From Nageia nagi (lineage: Eukaryota > Plantae > Pinophyta): a stretch of DNA of 64,000 nt. The DNA is taken from positions 155,558,001 to 155,622,000 of the forward strand of contig JBITNC010000001.1 in assembly GCA_050084985.1 (NCBI GenBank), in the 5' to 3' direction. The notes below the pieces were generated by a model. It searched no databases. It was not told the DNA's origin and saw only the letters and a program-made list of their open reading frames with translations. Made by a program: the position numbers and the translations under genes. Positions within the stretch are counted from its first letter, which is position 1. Each line of letters opens with the position of its first letter. This document shows, piece by piece, positions 1-13,500 of the stretch.

Positions 1-351
1 TGCATTTAAAGTTTTTGCTACCCATTTTCTACATGCACTTTGAGCAAAGAGATCACACAAAATTTTACCAACTGTCATTTTAAATGCCTACTTACATTTA
101 ATGTATTTACCTCAGATTAGAAAACATACCAGTCTTACAGAGATCGTTGACGATTTTACAGTGATCGTTGGTGATTTTTATACGATCATTGATGATCCTG
201 AAAACACTAAAAAACATAAACAAAACAACAGATCAAACAGATTTGAGTTAGTTTCTGATTCCACAGGATGTAAATAGATTTAAAAATATAATCAAAATAA
301 CATGTAATTGATCTTATTTTTTGCTTCAATTCTCTGAATGCATGCAAGGGG

Positions 352-368
352 CCCTCCTTCTAGCGCCA
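352..368 (-). promoter_or_regulatory. Primer binding site complementary to plant tRNA-Asn(GUU) 3' end
   Basis: Plus strand CCCTCCTTCTAGCGCCA equals the 3' end of plant cytosolic tRNA-Asn plus CCA (from recall). The minus strand reads TGGCGCTAGAAGGAGGG, 3 nt after the LTR end ...TACACA. Confidence 0.85.
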
Positions 369-371
369 GAT

Positions 372-1488
372 TGTGTACATTGAATTGTGCACCTAAAACG
401 TAATTTATCCAGATAAATCATTCAACACAATAAATCAGAACACATTCAATATTACACATAATTAATGATGTAGATATTATATCCAAAAAGATTTTAATGA
501 AATTTAATACAATAAGAGACTGTTATCGATCTATATGAATCAGTATCGATTTATTATGAATCGACAGCGATCGTTTGGATCGGTCACGATCTAAGCAGGG
601 ATCGTTAACGATCAAGGGTCTCCCACTATTCTTGTGCTTGTTGTAAACTTTTAGCTTTTGTCATCGATCTAAGGAATCACCATCGATCGATCTCTAAATC
701 ATCAATGATTTATGGCATTATAGTGAACTTTTCGCAGAGTTTTGAAATATTTGTATCTCTTCCTGGTTGTTCTCCTTCATGCTTGCTTCTATCATTTTAT
801 TCCTGTATTGACCCTACACATAGAAAATAAACAAAACATCAAAGCATACCTGCTAATACATATAGATTAGAAGTAAACAACATAATATTAAAATATACTA
901 GATGGTAGATTCGCTATTGATCAAGCATCAAACCTTTGCTTACAAACTTCTGGTTTAATTTCTACAGAGCTTCGCTATAGTAAATTCGGGTCTCTTTGTT
1001 CACATACAGAGCTTGTATTTATAAGCTCAAAAGTTTGTTATTAATTTGTTTTGCTGTTCAAAAGATTCTAGGTAACCTTCCGTGTGAAATCTTGAGGTGT
1101 TATTATCTCAACTCCACATCCATAACTCTAAATTATGCGTACTAGGCTATTTTGGGCTTAGATTTGTCAGTTTTTGAATTATTCAGGGATCGTCAACGAT
1201 CCTAGAGGATCGTCAATGATCGTGACAGGTCGTCAATGATTTTTTAGTAAATTTTATGCTAATATTGGAATGATCGCCCAACGGTCATTTTTTAACGAAA
1301 AGAGGTCGTATGACCACCCGTTTTGCATTCTACTCGCAAAGATCTATCCAATAATAGAATTTTAAAGCTTGATTGAAGCTTGTCTAAGGATTTATAATCA
1401 TTTTAATGTGATATATGTTAAAAATATATCTATTTTATTTATTTATATGTTGTTAAACTAAATGTAGGGTTTATTTTGAGTGTCTACA
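372..1488 (-). mobile_element. 5' LTR (~1.1 kb) of a Ty3/gypsy (Tat-like) retrotransposon whose body runs off the left edge
   Basis: The minus strand starts TGTAGACAC (1488) and ends ...TACACA (372), followed by an intact PBS. CpGs are still abundant, so it is younger than its neighbours. It shares motifs with the LTR at 5071-5951. Confidence 0.85.
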
Positions 1489-4400
1489 ATTAGTATTCAA
1501 TAGGTTTCACTTGTCTAAATGTCATATCTTTTGCATTTTTATGATAGTTTGTTTAAACTTATTTAATAAGTTTTTCAACTATGTCTAAAGAGATAAGAAA
1601 TTCATATCTCCTTTTCTCTAAATAGCTAAAGACAAACCTTAATAACTATTTTTCTTAATATTCTTCTTGAAGACAAAAATAAGTTAATTATTACTTTAGA
1701 GAAGATACAATTTGTAATCAAGAGTTCTAAAATCTAGAATAATATATTTATATATAACACACCATAGCATAATATGCAATCGATCTATTACAAAGTAATA
1801 AATTAGAGATGAATAATAAGATTTATTACTATAATAACAACTAAGTATATTTATTTTTTTTATTCTACTTGCAACAAGTCTATTTAGAAATTAGCATTCA
1901 TTTATTTATATTAGTTAAAATCATTTATGATAAACCTTATGTATAAAAAATTCTACACAATCCTTATATGGAAAGTATGAAGCTACTCATGTGGAAGGTC
2001 CCAAGTTCCACTCCCACCCCTTACATTGGTGATATTTAAAAACTCTTAAATGGTCATACAACTCGATAGGATTAAAAGGACACTAAATGTTAACCTTTTT
2101 TTACTTACTATGATGCTTAAAGGGATATTGGAATGTTACATCATTGAACTATGCTTAACATCATAAAAATCACAATTTATTAACTTAAATCATCTCCCAC
2201 CCCATATTAGATTCCACATAAAATGATCTATATCATATTTTATATGTATACCTTGCATATTCCTTTCCACTCCATTTGTGTCTTGCTCATGCCTTACAAT
2301 GATTTACCTCATCTTAGAAATGCATAACATAATTTATTATAATAAAGTAGCTTAGTACATAAAGAAATACAATATACATAGCAGTCCACAATTTACATGA
2401 ATACATCAATAGAAGATTATCAATATACTCTAGATAGTAGTAATAGATACATAAATAAACAACCTAGATAAGAAGTACAAAATATTAGCAAATTCAAGAG
2501 GGTTGCTACTCAAATAGCTTGTTTGAGAGCCAAAAGTCTCAAAATATACACTAGTAACTAGGAACAAGAAAATATTTTATTTTATGATGATCACAAAATT
2601 CTCACTACCACTTATCTATATATTTATAAATAATTTACACTAATCCTTATCCTCCAAGACCAACCTTGATACTCTAAATAACACTAATTTATCAAGGTCA
2701 TTAAATGTCCTTGTAAATTGAAAAACTTTTCTTGAATCCATAATTTTTTTAAGAATACTATTTTTCTTCCAACAGTAAGCTTCTCTAGTGAGTATTTTCA
2801 CCTTATAAGAAGATCATAAAAATGTTGTTGCCTTAATGTTATTAATAGTTTTTACAATAATAGTTCTAATTATATAATTATTTTTTTAGAGCCCATTTTT
2901 ATTATTTAAGATTAGGATTAAATGCAAGATTATTAGATCTATAATCAAGACCTAATTTGAGGCCAAATATATAAAGGCAAGAAAGTGAACAAGTTTCATT
3001 TGTTGAATTGGTATGTTTATGCCTTGGACATATTACATAAAGATAAGCACATGTTAAGGCTCTATGTTGCATTTTAATTATATGTGAAATGATATATAGG
3101 CTTTGTTGGAAAATATTTTGAGCGCACAAATGATGAATACTTGATAATTAAAATATCTCTAACTATTTAATGATTTTTGATTTTTAGCTCAAATGATTAT
3201 TACGAGAGCCTAACTACCATGGAACAAGATAAGACATTAGCATATTAAATTTCAAATGTCTGTGTTAAATTATTTAGGTAGTCTTCGCAAAGCATTTGAT
3301 TTGGCAATGATTTTATTATTTAAAAATCATCTCCAAACTAACATTGGCATTGGAAGTTTATATGGAAATGATTTAGTTGTCCAATACCATGTTGGAATAG
3401 TAAATGAGAGAATGATTTGAGATAGGCATTTCATTTCCCTCTATATGTGCATTGACAATGGAATGCAATGATTATATTAAATATTACAATGGAACCGACT
3501 CAGTTTTATGTTGGTAGGCTAGATGGGAATGTTTGTTGAAGATTTAAATTTCCCATTGCAAGGCAATATGTAGGTAAGTATTTTTAGATCATTTGAAAGG
3601 GGACCTCCAAGCTTAGCCCCTTCTTTAGGGAATATTGGAGGTTTTCATTTGCATAAAGAAACATCACCTTGTAATGTATTGGATAATTATGCAATTGTTG
3701 GAGAAGATAGTTAATGGGGTTGTGAGGGAATGATAGTCGATATTTCATAGAGAATGTAATAGGGATTAAAAAATATTTATTTTATGATTGATGAGAAGTA
3801 GAGCATGGGTATCCATTGCAAGAAGCCTAGAACAAATTACAGAGGGTTTAAAAATGGAGAGTATATGTGTGATAAGAAGGGAAGGAAAAATAAATGAAAC
3901 CTTGGAGAATAAGGAGTGAAGCCAGCTTTCATAGGAATAATTTTGATCTTTCATTTTTTGTTTTGCGCCAAAGTTATATGGAAAAAATTATAAGAACATT
4001 ACACAAGTAGAAAAGGATAGAGTAGAGAGGTAACACCTTACCTTGTAATTCAATAGACTAATTTAAAAATGATTTCTTTGAGAGAAATGGGTTTGGATTT
4101 TGAAATATGATTTTTTTTTATTTAAAATATTTTTGGGCTTTATTCTATCTTTTAAATTGGTACTATGTAGTTCATTTTCAAAGCTTGGAATATGAATAAA
4201 ATTATTCTAATAGTTGCTATTTAGACAATTCTAATATTTAGTATAATGTGGAAATTGGAATGAGATTTTTGGGAATTATAGTAAGAAATTTGTAGCTTCA
4301 TAAGCACCCTTTTATGCATTTCATATTTAGTTCAAAATCTTATAGAGGTATATGATTTTAAATGAGAACTAACATATAAAAAGGGTTCGAAATAAATAGT

Positions 4401-5070
4401 TTTTGCAAAAGATACATCCATGGAGATTTTGCATTATTAGATAGTAAAGGTTTTTTTATTTATATTATGATTTTGAACATAATTAAGATAAAAAAAAGAA
4501 CACATTATGATAATTTTTTTTTATAGAATATCAAGGGATTCACTATAAGTATTAGATGTAATATTGAACTCCATATGAGGGGTGTGTGTTAACTTATTTG
4601 GCATTTATATTTGCTAAGGTAATAGTTAGTATTTACGAGCCATGATACCTATTGCTGCATTTTATTTGCAGCCATAATTATATATATTTAAAAGCTAAAT
4701 AAATATGATAACATTGTCAACAAGAAAATCAAAATAACTCCTATAAATCACCATTGTGTAGTTGTAATTGCGACCATATAGATGCATTTAGAAAAAGGAA
4801 TTTTAAATATATTTTAGAGGAATTACATTACTGAGTATGAGCAACCTCATATAGCTATTGTTAAGAAAAGAAAATTAAAAATTAATCAAGCATGAAGTTT
4901 AAACAAATTTGCTTATCATGATAATCTAAGAACTTTGCATTGTTATAGAGATTGCATATTAGTGTATTACTATAAAATATGAGATTACTTCGCATGCTTG
5001 AAATGATTTATTATGGATCAAGATTATTATCAAGATAAGTAATATAAAATATTATTTTAATTATTATATA

Positions 5071-5951
5071 TGTTGTTTACCCAAAAAACAACCTTGTAAG
5101 CATGCAAAACAAGATATGTTACAACCAATAAAACTCTTTATTGATTTTTGGTATAAACCTCAATCATCACTTTACAATGACAAATCTCATATTGATTTGT
5201 GATGTACAATAGTGCCTTGTACATTAAAGGCTTTTGATTATAGTGAAGGGAGATATAGTTTCCCTTGGGCCTCCTTTGAATAGTTGTTTCGATGTCTGCA
5301 AGCCTTCAGTAGTATCTCTAAAACCTACAAGAAAATGTTGGTGATGATTTTTGATTACTTAGTCTTCTTTTGCTCAAACCAGCTACCATGCACCTGCAAA
5401 TCCTACACACATAGAAACAAGAAACATATCAAACATACCTACTCACATAGCTAAAATGCATGAAAGTATAATGAAAATACAAGCATGAAAGTATAGAAAA
5501 ATGTAATGCATGTACTCACTAAAAGTTTGAATGTATTCTAGCAGAGGAAGGTTGTAATAACTTGGATCCCCTTCTCCTTAGGAAAAGGTTTAATTTATAG
5601 AGTTTTTGGGGTGGCCAAGGTTGCTATTTTGGAGGCAAGGACTAGATAAAAAATCTCATCTAGCCTTTTCATAGGTTTTATCTTTGTGGGGAAGGTGTAG
5701 GATCAACAACGACTCATCCTTGATCCACTGGTTTGTTTCCATAGGCACCCTAATTTTTCCATTTTTTCTTTAACTTTTCTATTTATAGGATCGTTGGTGA
5801 TTTCATGTCGAACATCGATGATTGTATAGGGTCACCGACAATTGTATTAGGTCACCAGCGACTAGGGGGTTATAACAAACTTCATTATTTACTTAAATTT
5901 TTATCCCCTTCTTTCATTTATCAAAAGAGGGGTCATTTTTAGGTGTCTACA
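5071..5951 (-). repeat. 3' LTR (~880 bp) of the Tat/Ogre element
   Basis: The minus strand starts TGTAGACACC right after the PPT. The putative end is ...GGGTAAACAACA at 5071. There is no partner LTR to confirm the left boundary. Confidence 0.7.
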
Positions 5952-5967
5952 TTTTGCCCCTTTTTTG
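5952..5967 (-). promoter_or_regulatory. Polypurine tract
   Basis: Minus strand CAAAAAAGGGGCAAAA immediately precedes TGTAGAC. Confidence 0.85.
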
Positions 5968-6899
5968 AAATACCCAACATTTTATAGGTGGAGATTATTT
6001 CAAAAAACTAAGCTATCTGAGAGGGGGTACAATCAAGTCTTAGAATTATGTTCCTAACCTTAGGTCAAGGCTTTAAATTAATTTATTCTCTATGAATAAG
6101 TTTAATCTAAGTGATTGGGTTATGACTAAATCCATTTTTTGTTCTTTTGTATTTGACATGTTTTGAAAGCAATCGAGATTGTATTGCAAGGTGTAACTTA
6201 GATAGTTATCATTATACCATTGTGCTATGTTGGTAGGATATAGATGGAGTCTTAGCTATTAGGTGTATGCCATAGCTAGCATGTGATAAAGAAGCTCCCT
6301 TGTGAATACAAATTTTTTTGATCATTCTGCTTTTGTCCCAACAGGTAGGTTACTTGATGATCTTGCACAAAAGTTCATCCAACAATTTTAATCATATCCA
6401 AACCCAACCTTCTTTTCTCTGTTAAAAGAAGAGTTATTGTTTGAATTCTGAGTTACTCAAGAGCTTTGGCTTTTTTTAAAGCCTTTAGCTTAGACCAAGT
6501 TAACAAGCAAAAAACTTGTTTCAATTTTGCCTTTAATATATTTTTTAATTTTTATAAATATATTAATTTTTAGGAATTTTGATTATTTTTGTATTATTTT
6601 TGATGTGTTTCTATGATATTTTTGATTTGACAATTTTTGAGTGTAAGTATTTTTTCATAGCTTAGGTTTTCATGTATTTTTTACCCTTGGTTGATTGTTA
6701 TTGATTGTACAAAAGCATTATAAATAGTTTTAACTATTCTATTTTATTTTGAATTTTCTCATTAATATTTACAGTTAATTTTAGGCCTAAGCAGGCCTAA
6801 AGAAGTTTTGACATACTTCAAAATTTTTCTAAATTTTTGGATTTTTAATATTTTTTTAATGCTAAGTTAACTTTTTCCCACATGATTGTCTTAGTTTTT

Positions 6900-8600
6900 A
6901 GGGATTTTTGAGCCATGTGGACGATATCCTAGGATCTTGTTAGAGGGCTAGGATATACTGATGGTTAAGGACCACACTTTTCTATGTAGTGTGGGTTTCA
7001 AATTTGGGCCCTATATGGGTCGTATTCATTGGGATTACCCATTGCTGGTAGATTTGTTAGAGAGATGGGACTCTTTGATCAACACCTTACATCTTCCTAT
7101 AGGGGAGATGACTATTATGATGGAGGGAATCCATTATTTGCATTGTATTCCAATTTAGGGATAGTGATTCTAACATGCTATGGATTGGGATTCAGTGCAT
7201 CCTAACATCATTACCATTTATGGAGAAGATGCAACTGGTAGAGTTTTAGGTGACATGTTTTTAGGTGGCTTCCCATACTTTAGGTACTAGAAGAATGATT
7301 AGAAGAGAATCCTAAGATCTTTCTACTTGATAGGCCATATCCAGTGTTGCACACTTTCAAACATGAGTAGCGATCGATTTCCTTGGTTACTGTTACACAT
7401 GGTGGCTGATATGCTTTAGCATGTCATTATTTATGCTTGGGCTCCTACTCTGTTAACATAGATTTATAGGGAGCTTTTATTTTATTCATTGGGTAACATG
7501 TCATCCTTATCAATTACTATCACTCTACAGGCTTGGGCATATGAGCACATCCACATTGCTCACCCTCATGGACTCCCAATTACTAGATTTGAGATACACT
7601 TCACCTATTCAGCTAAGATTTTATGATGGAGGGATGATTTTTACTCACATCCCTTTGATGGTATATGCCATAATGTTCCATACTACTAGCACTTATTATC
7701 ATATTTAGTGCCTGATCAAGTGAGGTTTAGACCTTATCGCTCTTATCTAGATTGGGATGACCTTGTTGCCCTACTTGTTAGCATCACATAGGTCAAAGTT
7801 CTCAATGAGAGGAGGTAAAATTTTCTAAAGTATTTTTACTTTGAGCATGTGTGACACTAGTTTAGCCTTATGAAGGATATTCTGCCTACTCCTATCAAAT
7901 TCTTTAGGGAGGGAAAGATACCTATCAAGGATGATTAGTGACTTGTATATGCAGATCTTGATCTAAAATAGGAGGAGCCCTTAGTTGAGGATTCTAAGGC
8001 TGATGATGAAGGAGCCATCGATGAATTCTTGGCATGGTAGTAGGTTAAGATAAAGGGGAACATTAGAGAGGAGGTGGGTTATCATGTATGTCAGTAAGTT
8101 GATAAGTCAGATACATTAATTGAGATTAGAGAGATAGCTAATGATGAGCCTATAGGGAGTAGGTTGATGAGAAGTTGAGGAGCAGATGGTCGATGAGTCA
8201 TAGGATATAACTTGTTAGGGTGAGAAGATTAAGGTAGTTACATCAGCTAGAGGTGTAAGAGGAGGTCAAGCTCCTCCTCCATAGGTACCCAATGTTGATG
8301 CTCTCCTAGGTAAAAGTTATGAGCTGTGGTATTAGGTTTCTCATCTTAGTCCTTACATGTATTGTTATCAAGCTAAGAGAGATAGATATAATTGAGAGAA
8401 GGATGAGGCTCAAGCCTCTTGACAGACTGGAGAAGCTAACACATCCATAGGGAGAGCTAGTCATCTATCAGTGTTTATTAAGGGTATTCTTTAGTAGAGG
8501 GATTATTATTATTCTATTATTTAGACATGCTTGATTATAGTACCTCGCATGTATCATTACCAAGCTAAGAGAGATTGATCTCTTAAAGGGTCACTAGGAA
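6900..8600 (+). pseudogene. Plant mobile domain (PMD, aminotransferase-like, MAIN/MAIL-related) gene, antisense to gag-pol, degenerate
   Basis: LLERWDSLINTLHLPIGEMTI (ORF 6961-7158), YAWAPTLLT*IYREL (~7432) and LQAWAYEHI (~7525) match the PMD motifs ERW..TFHLP.GEMTI, YAWG..L..LYR.L and LQ.W.YE. An acidic/coiled-coil tail follows. Ends approximate. Confidence 0.85.
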
Positions 8601-8999
8601 ATGTACAAGGTGACCATGAAATGCAAAGGGATGCCAATTCCCATGGTATAGGGGTATTATAATGCAAAGATCTCTCCTACTAATTGGTGGGAGGACTAAT
8701 GCAATGTAGTTGACTTAAGATGCCTAAGGTATGTGTATTACAACCAACCACTTGCAATGTCATATGCGAGTGTTTTAGAATTTGTAAGAACTTTTTTAAA
8801 GACAAAAATATATATTCACACACATTTATTCATGCAAGAAAACCTTTAATAATTTTTTGAAAATTTTTATAATTTTTATAATTTTTTATTTATGTGTTTT
8901 TTATGATTTTATTATTTATTAGGATAAATTTTTTTTTACAAATCCCCAATGACAATGGTCACCTTGTTTTTTTACAAATAATCCAACCTTTATGATCCA

Positions 9000-10475
9000 A
9001 GAAGTAAAAGTATGAAGGTTGAACTATAATATGGCAGGTCTTGGTCCTAGAATGGATGGTTGATAATGGATAGGATACAAAATAAGTGGCAAAACTAAGG
9101 GATGATGCTTGAACTTCAAAATGATGCATTTTGGCTTGGCTAACAATGTCGAGGCCTCAACATTTCTAAGAAGTCGAAGATGAGATGGAATCCCTAAGGA
9201 CTATGGATATTGAGGGGAAAGTAATGATGTGAGGGGGATAGCACTCTCTATGAGATATTTGACATATTCATTTTTTACAAGTTTAGTCATGACCTCATTC
9301 TTTATTCTATTAAAGCATTCAATAATCCTTTCAAACCTTGGTTTGATGTTCATAGGTTTATCTACATAATAATGTTTACTAAATAATGAGTTATAATCAT
9401 ATATAATTTCATTGTGCAAAATTAGATGGGTATTATATTCAAGTATCAAATCATTGATAACCTTAGTTATGAAGATTATTCTCCCATAACACCAAAGAGT
9501 CATATGATCAACATAATTTAACAAGATTCTAGGTATCTTGTAAGGCCAATGCAAGCGAAATAAATGGATCCAATTTGTTAGGGATTCAATTTCCATCCAT
9601 ATGTCCTTTGCTTCTAATTCAATGGTTACCTTAAGGTTGCTAATTTTTAAATCCCATGCATTAGTTCCTCATTGCTTGTAAAAATTCATGGTTATAACTT
9701 CTTGAATTTATTTTGGTAAAGGGAAGAAACAGGCTATCTTAGTATAAGGACACTTATACAATGCTTGCATGTAACGATCTTCCAGGTATCTATCAATAAA
9801 ATCATGATTTGAAGGATTAAGTTGTAATTATGATTTTTCATTAACTTCTGGTCTTCTTGGCATTAAAATTTTTATTTAACTATTGCACAAAGGAAGATTA
9901 ATGAATCTTGACATAATTTGGGAAAATCATTGATCAATTTGTTGCATTCATCTAATTGATTATTGAGGCTTACAGATAAACACTATGTAAAAATCATAGA
10001 CCATTTTATGATGACACAAGTCTTTTATCATCTGGTCTACCCATGTAAATAAAAAATCCTCATTAGGCCAAGTATTAATTATTCTATTTTGGATCCAATT
10101 ATTGAAGAAGCAATCAACTATGATCCTAGGGGATGATGTGGGCCAATATGGACATAACAAGTTTATCATGCAAACTTGGGTGAAGTAATGTGCATGATTC
10201 ACATAATACATGGATTTGTCTACATAGATCTCCAAGTTATCTCCTTGAACACTTATCTCACACCTTTGATATCTTTTTGAGGATAATTTTAAGGCTAGGA
10301 TTCCTTGTAGATCAATAGGTAGATGAAGGAAATTTCTATTTTTAGGAGAAGTATATAGGGATAATTCTATTATAGCCCTATCTCCCAAGTATCTAGGTTT
10401 CTTATACCAAGATATTTATTAAATACCTCATTGATAAAAAATTAGGTGGATGCTTTTGCTCTTTTTTGATGCCAT
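9000..10475 (-). pseudogene. Extra ORF of unknown function downstream of pol (sense orientation), fragmented
   Basis: ATG at 10475 (MASKKSK...), ~110 bp after the pol stop. It continues through ORF pieces 9960-10388 (142 aa) and 9201-9596 (131 aa). No recognisable domain. Confidence 0.55.
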
Positions 10476-10585
10476 TTTCTATTTCATATACATTAGATAT
10501 GTATAAGTTTTAAGAAAAGCACTTTTGTTGATTTTAAACTAAAAGACTATTTATGATTTATACAATTATAAATCAAAAAATCTTA

Positions 10586-13500
10586 TTAACCATAGAAAGG
10601 ATGAAGGTGCATGATGTTTATAGGTTCACGCTCTTCATTACCTTCCATATCAACTAAATGATAAGCTCTAGATCCAAACTTTCTTTTAATTATATAGGGA
10701 CCTAACCAGTTAGGAGCAAACTTGTCACAAACTTATCCTTCCATTCAAGAAGTTTGTTGATTTTCTTTTAAAACCAAATATCCTATATTAAATTCATGAA
10801 TTTTCACCTATTTATCAAAAGCTCATTTGATATGATTTTGATAAGTACATAGATGTTCTAACACATTTACTCTTCTTTCATTCAGAAGTAGTAATTGATC
10901 TAATCTTATTTGATGAGCTACTTCATCTGTGATATAATCTTGTAATGCAATTCATTGAGAAGAAATTTCTATTTTCAAGGGTAGCACTACTTCTACCCCA
11001 TAAACTAAGAAAAATGAGGTTGCCCTTATAGGAGTTCGAATACTAGTTTGATAAGCCCATAATGCTTGTGGAATTCTCACATGCTAATCTCGATGGGAAT
11101 CATCAATAGTTTTTAATAAAATATTACGAATGGTTTTATTAGTGGTTTCAACTTTGCCATTTCCTTAAGGATAGTAAGGCATTGAGAATCTTAATCAACT
11201 ATGATATCCTTTACATAAAGTTTGAACTCCCTTGTTCTTAAAGTTTTTCCCATTATTAGTGATATTTTGAGCCAAAATTCTAAAATAACATATAATATGG
11301 TTTTGTATGAATTTTGCTATCTTTGGACCTTTTGTTGAAATCATAGGGATGGATTCTACCCATTTTGTAAAATATTCCATAACAGTTATTATAAACTAAT
11401 GATCTCCTAAGGAAATAAGGGATATTTGACCTATTAAATCTAATGCCCATCTTGATAATGGACACAATGATTGCATGGGTTGTAATGTATATGAAGGTGG
11501 ATTAAATAGATTGGCATGTTGTTTACATTTGACACACTTTATAACATATTCCATATGGTCACATTCCATAGTAGGCCAATAGTATCCCGTACACATTAAT
11601 CATTTTGTAATTACAAAACCACTAAAATATCCTTTGTAAATTCCATCAATTGTGCATGAAATAGCAATTTTTGAATCACCCCATTCTAGACATATGAGCA
11701 ATATCCTATCAAAACCCCTATAGTATGAGATATCTCCTATCATGCAAAAGTGAAAGCTTTTATCTTAAATGCTTTCCTATATGATTTTGTTAAGTCTTTT
11801 GGTAATACCCCATATCTTAGGAATTTGTACAATTATGTATGCCACAAATTTTTATCTTCAATTATGATATCTAGGACTACATGTTCAACTTCATTTGATT
11901 CTATTAAGGATTGAGTGATTTTAACAATCTCAATAGGGATAATTTTTTGATTAGGGTTTGTGGGCATAAAAGATCAAATGGAATCCATAGCATTAATAAA
12001 CCTATTAGTTGACCATGGTGTTGCTTCTAGATCATATTTTTCAAAAGATGATAGGAGATTATTTACTAATGTCTTATATTTTTGTAGCAAAGGCTCTTTA
12101 TGATAGAAGATTTATTTAACTTGGTTTATGATTAATAGTGAGTCACCAATAAATTTAACTTTTCTTAACTTTAATTTTATAGCAATCTTTATAGCTAAGA
12201 TTAGGGCTTCATATTCAACATTGTTGTTTGTGTAAGGAAAGTTAAGCTTAAAAGAATAGGGTATGGGAACTCTTTGGGGTGTAATGAAGAAGACACCTAC
12301 ACCCCCACTTTGTTCACATCTCGATCCATCAAAATATATTACCATATCCTAATCTTCTTTAGATTCTATGGGAATGTTCATTTCATCTAATTGAAATACA
12401 TATTCATCTGGTAATTCTATGATGAGTGGATTATCGTTGGTTAATCATGCTTCAATAAGATAGTCTACTATGAATAGTCCTTTGATTGATTTTTGAATTA
12501 TGAAGAGTAGAAAAAATTTAGTTAAATGCATGATCCATTTATATGTTCTTGCATTTTGATAAGTTTTATTCATCATATATTTCAAAGGATCTGCTTTAAC
12601 AATTACATACATGGTATGGTTTAACATGTAATATCTTAATTTTTTGGTTGCAAATACTACTACTAAACATAACTTTTCTGAATACATGTATTTAATCTCA
12701 TAGCCAACTAAAGTTTGACTAAAATAATATATTGCTTATTATTTACTATTTTCATTCTTTTGGGAAAGCATGGTTCCTAAGGCTATTTATGTAATGAATA
12801 TATACAACATGAATGGTTCTCCAGGCTTGGGTGGTACTAGAATAGGCGATGAAAGAAGATAGCACTTTATTTCATTGAATGCTTCTTATTGTTCATTACC
12901 CCAATGAAATGTAATCCCCTTCTTCAAGAGTTTGTTAAAAGGTTTACACTTATTTGAAAACTAAGAAATAAAATGTCTTATAGCTTGTAACTTACCCTGT
13001 AGGCTTTGCAATTATTTTATATTTGAGGGAGGTAAGATATTTGTTATTTCTTTTATCTTATTAGGATCTACTTCAATTCCTCACCTAGAAATGATGAAAC
13101 CTACTAATATTCCATATGTTACTCCAAAAACACATTTCTTTGGGTTCAATTGGATCTTATATTCTAGTAACCAATCAAATATTTTGATGAGCAATTTAGG
13201 ATGATCTTCCCATGTTTTTGATTTAACCAATACATCATCTACATAATCCTCTACAATGTCATGCATGTGATCATGGAAGATGTACATCATGGCTCTTTGA
13301 TAGGTAGCTCAAGCATTTTTCAATCCAAAATATATTACTTTATAACAAAATATTCCCAAAGGTTTTATGAATGTAGTTTTATGTTAGTCTTCTGATGCCA
13401 CTTTAATTTGGTGGTATCTTGAAAACCCATCCATGAGTGATAACATTTCATATCCTATAGTATAATCAACCAAGATATCTATGTTTGGTAGGGAAAAGTT

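Noticed and set aside
1985-2025. tRNA/SINE B-box-like GGTCCCAAGTTCCACTCCC
   Set aside because: No A-box, cloverleaf, tail or TSD could be recognised. Too short to support.
6900-8600. PMD regions as host MAIN/MAIL genes
   Set aside because: All three retroelement PMDs lie inside LTR-bounded elements and are broken by stops.
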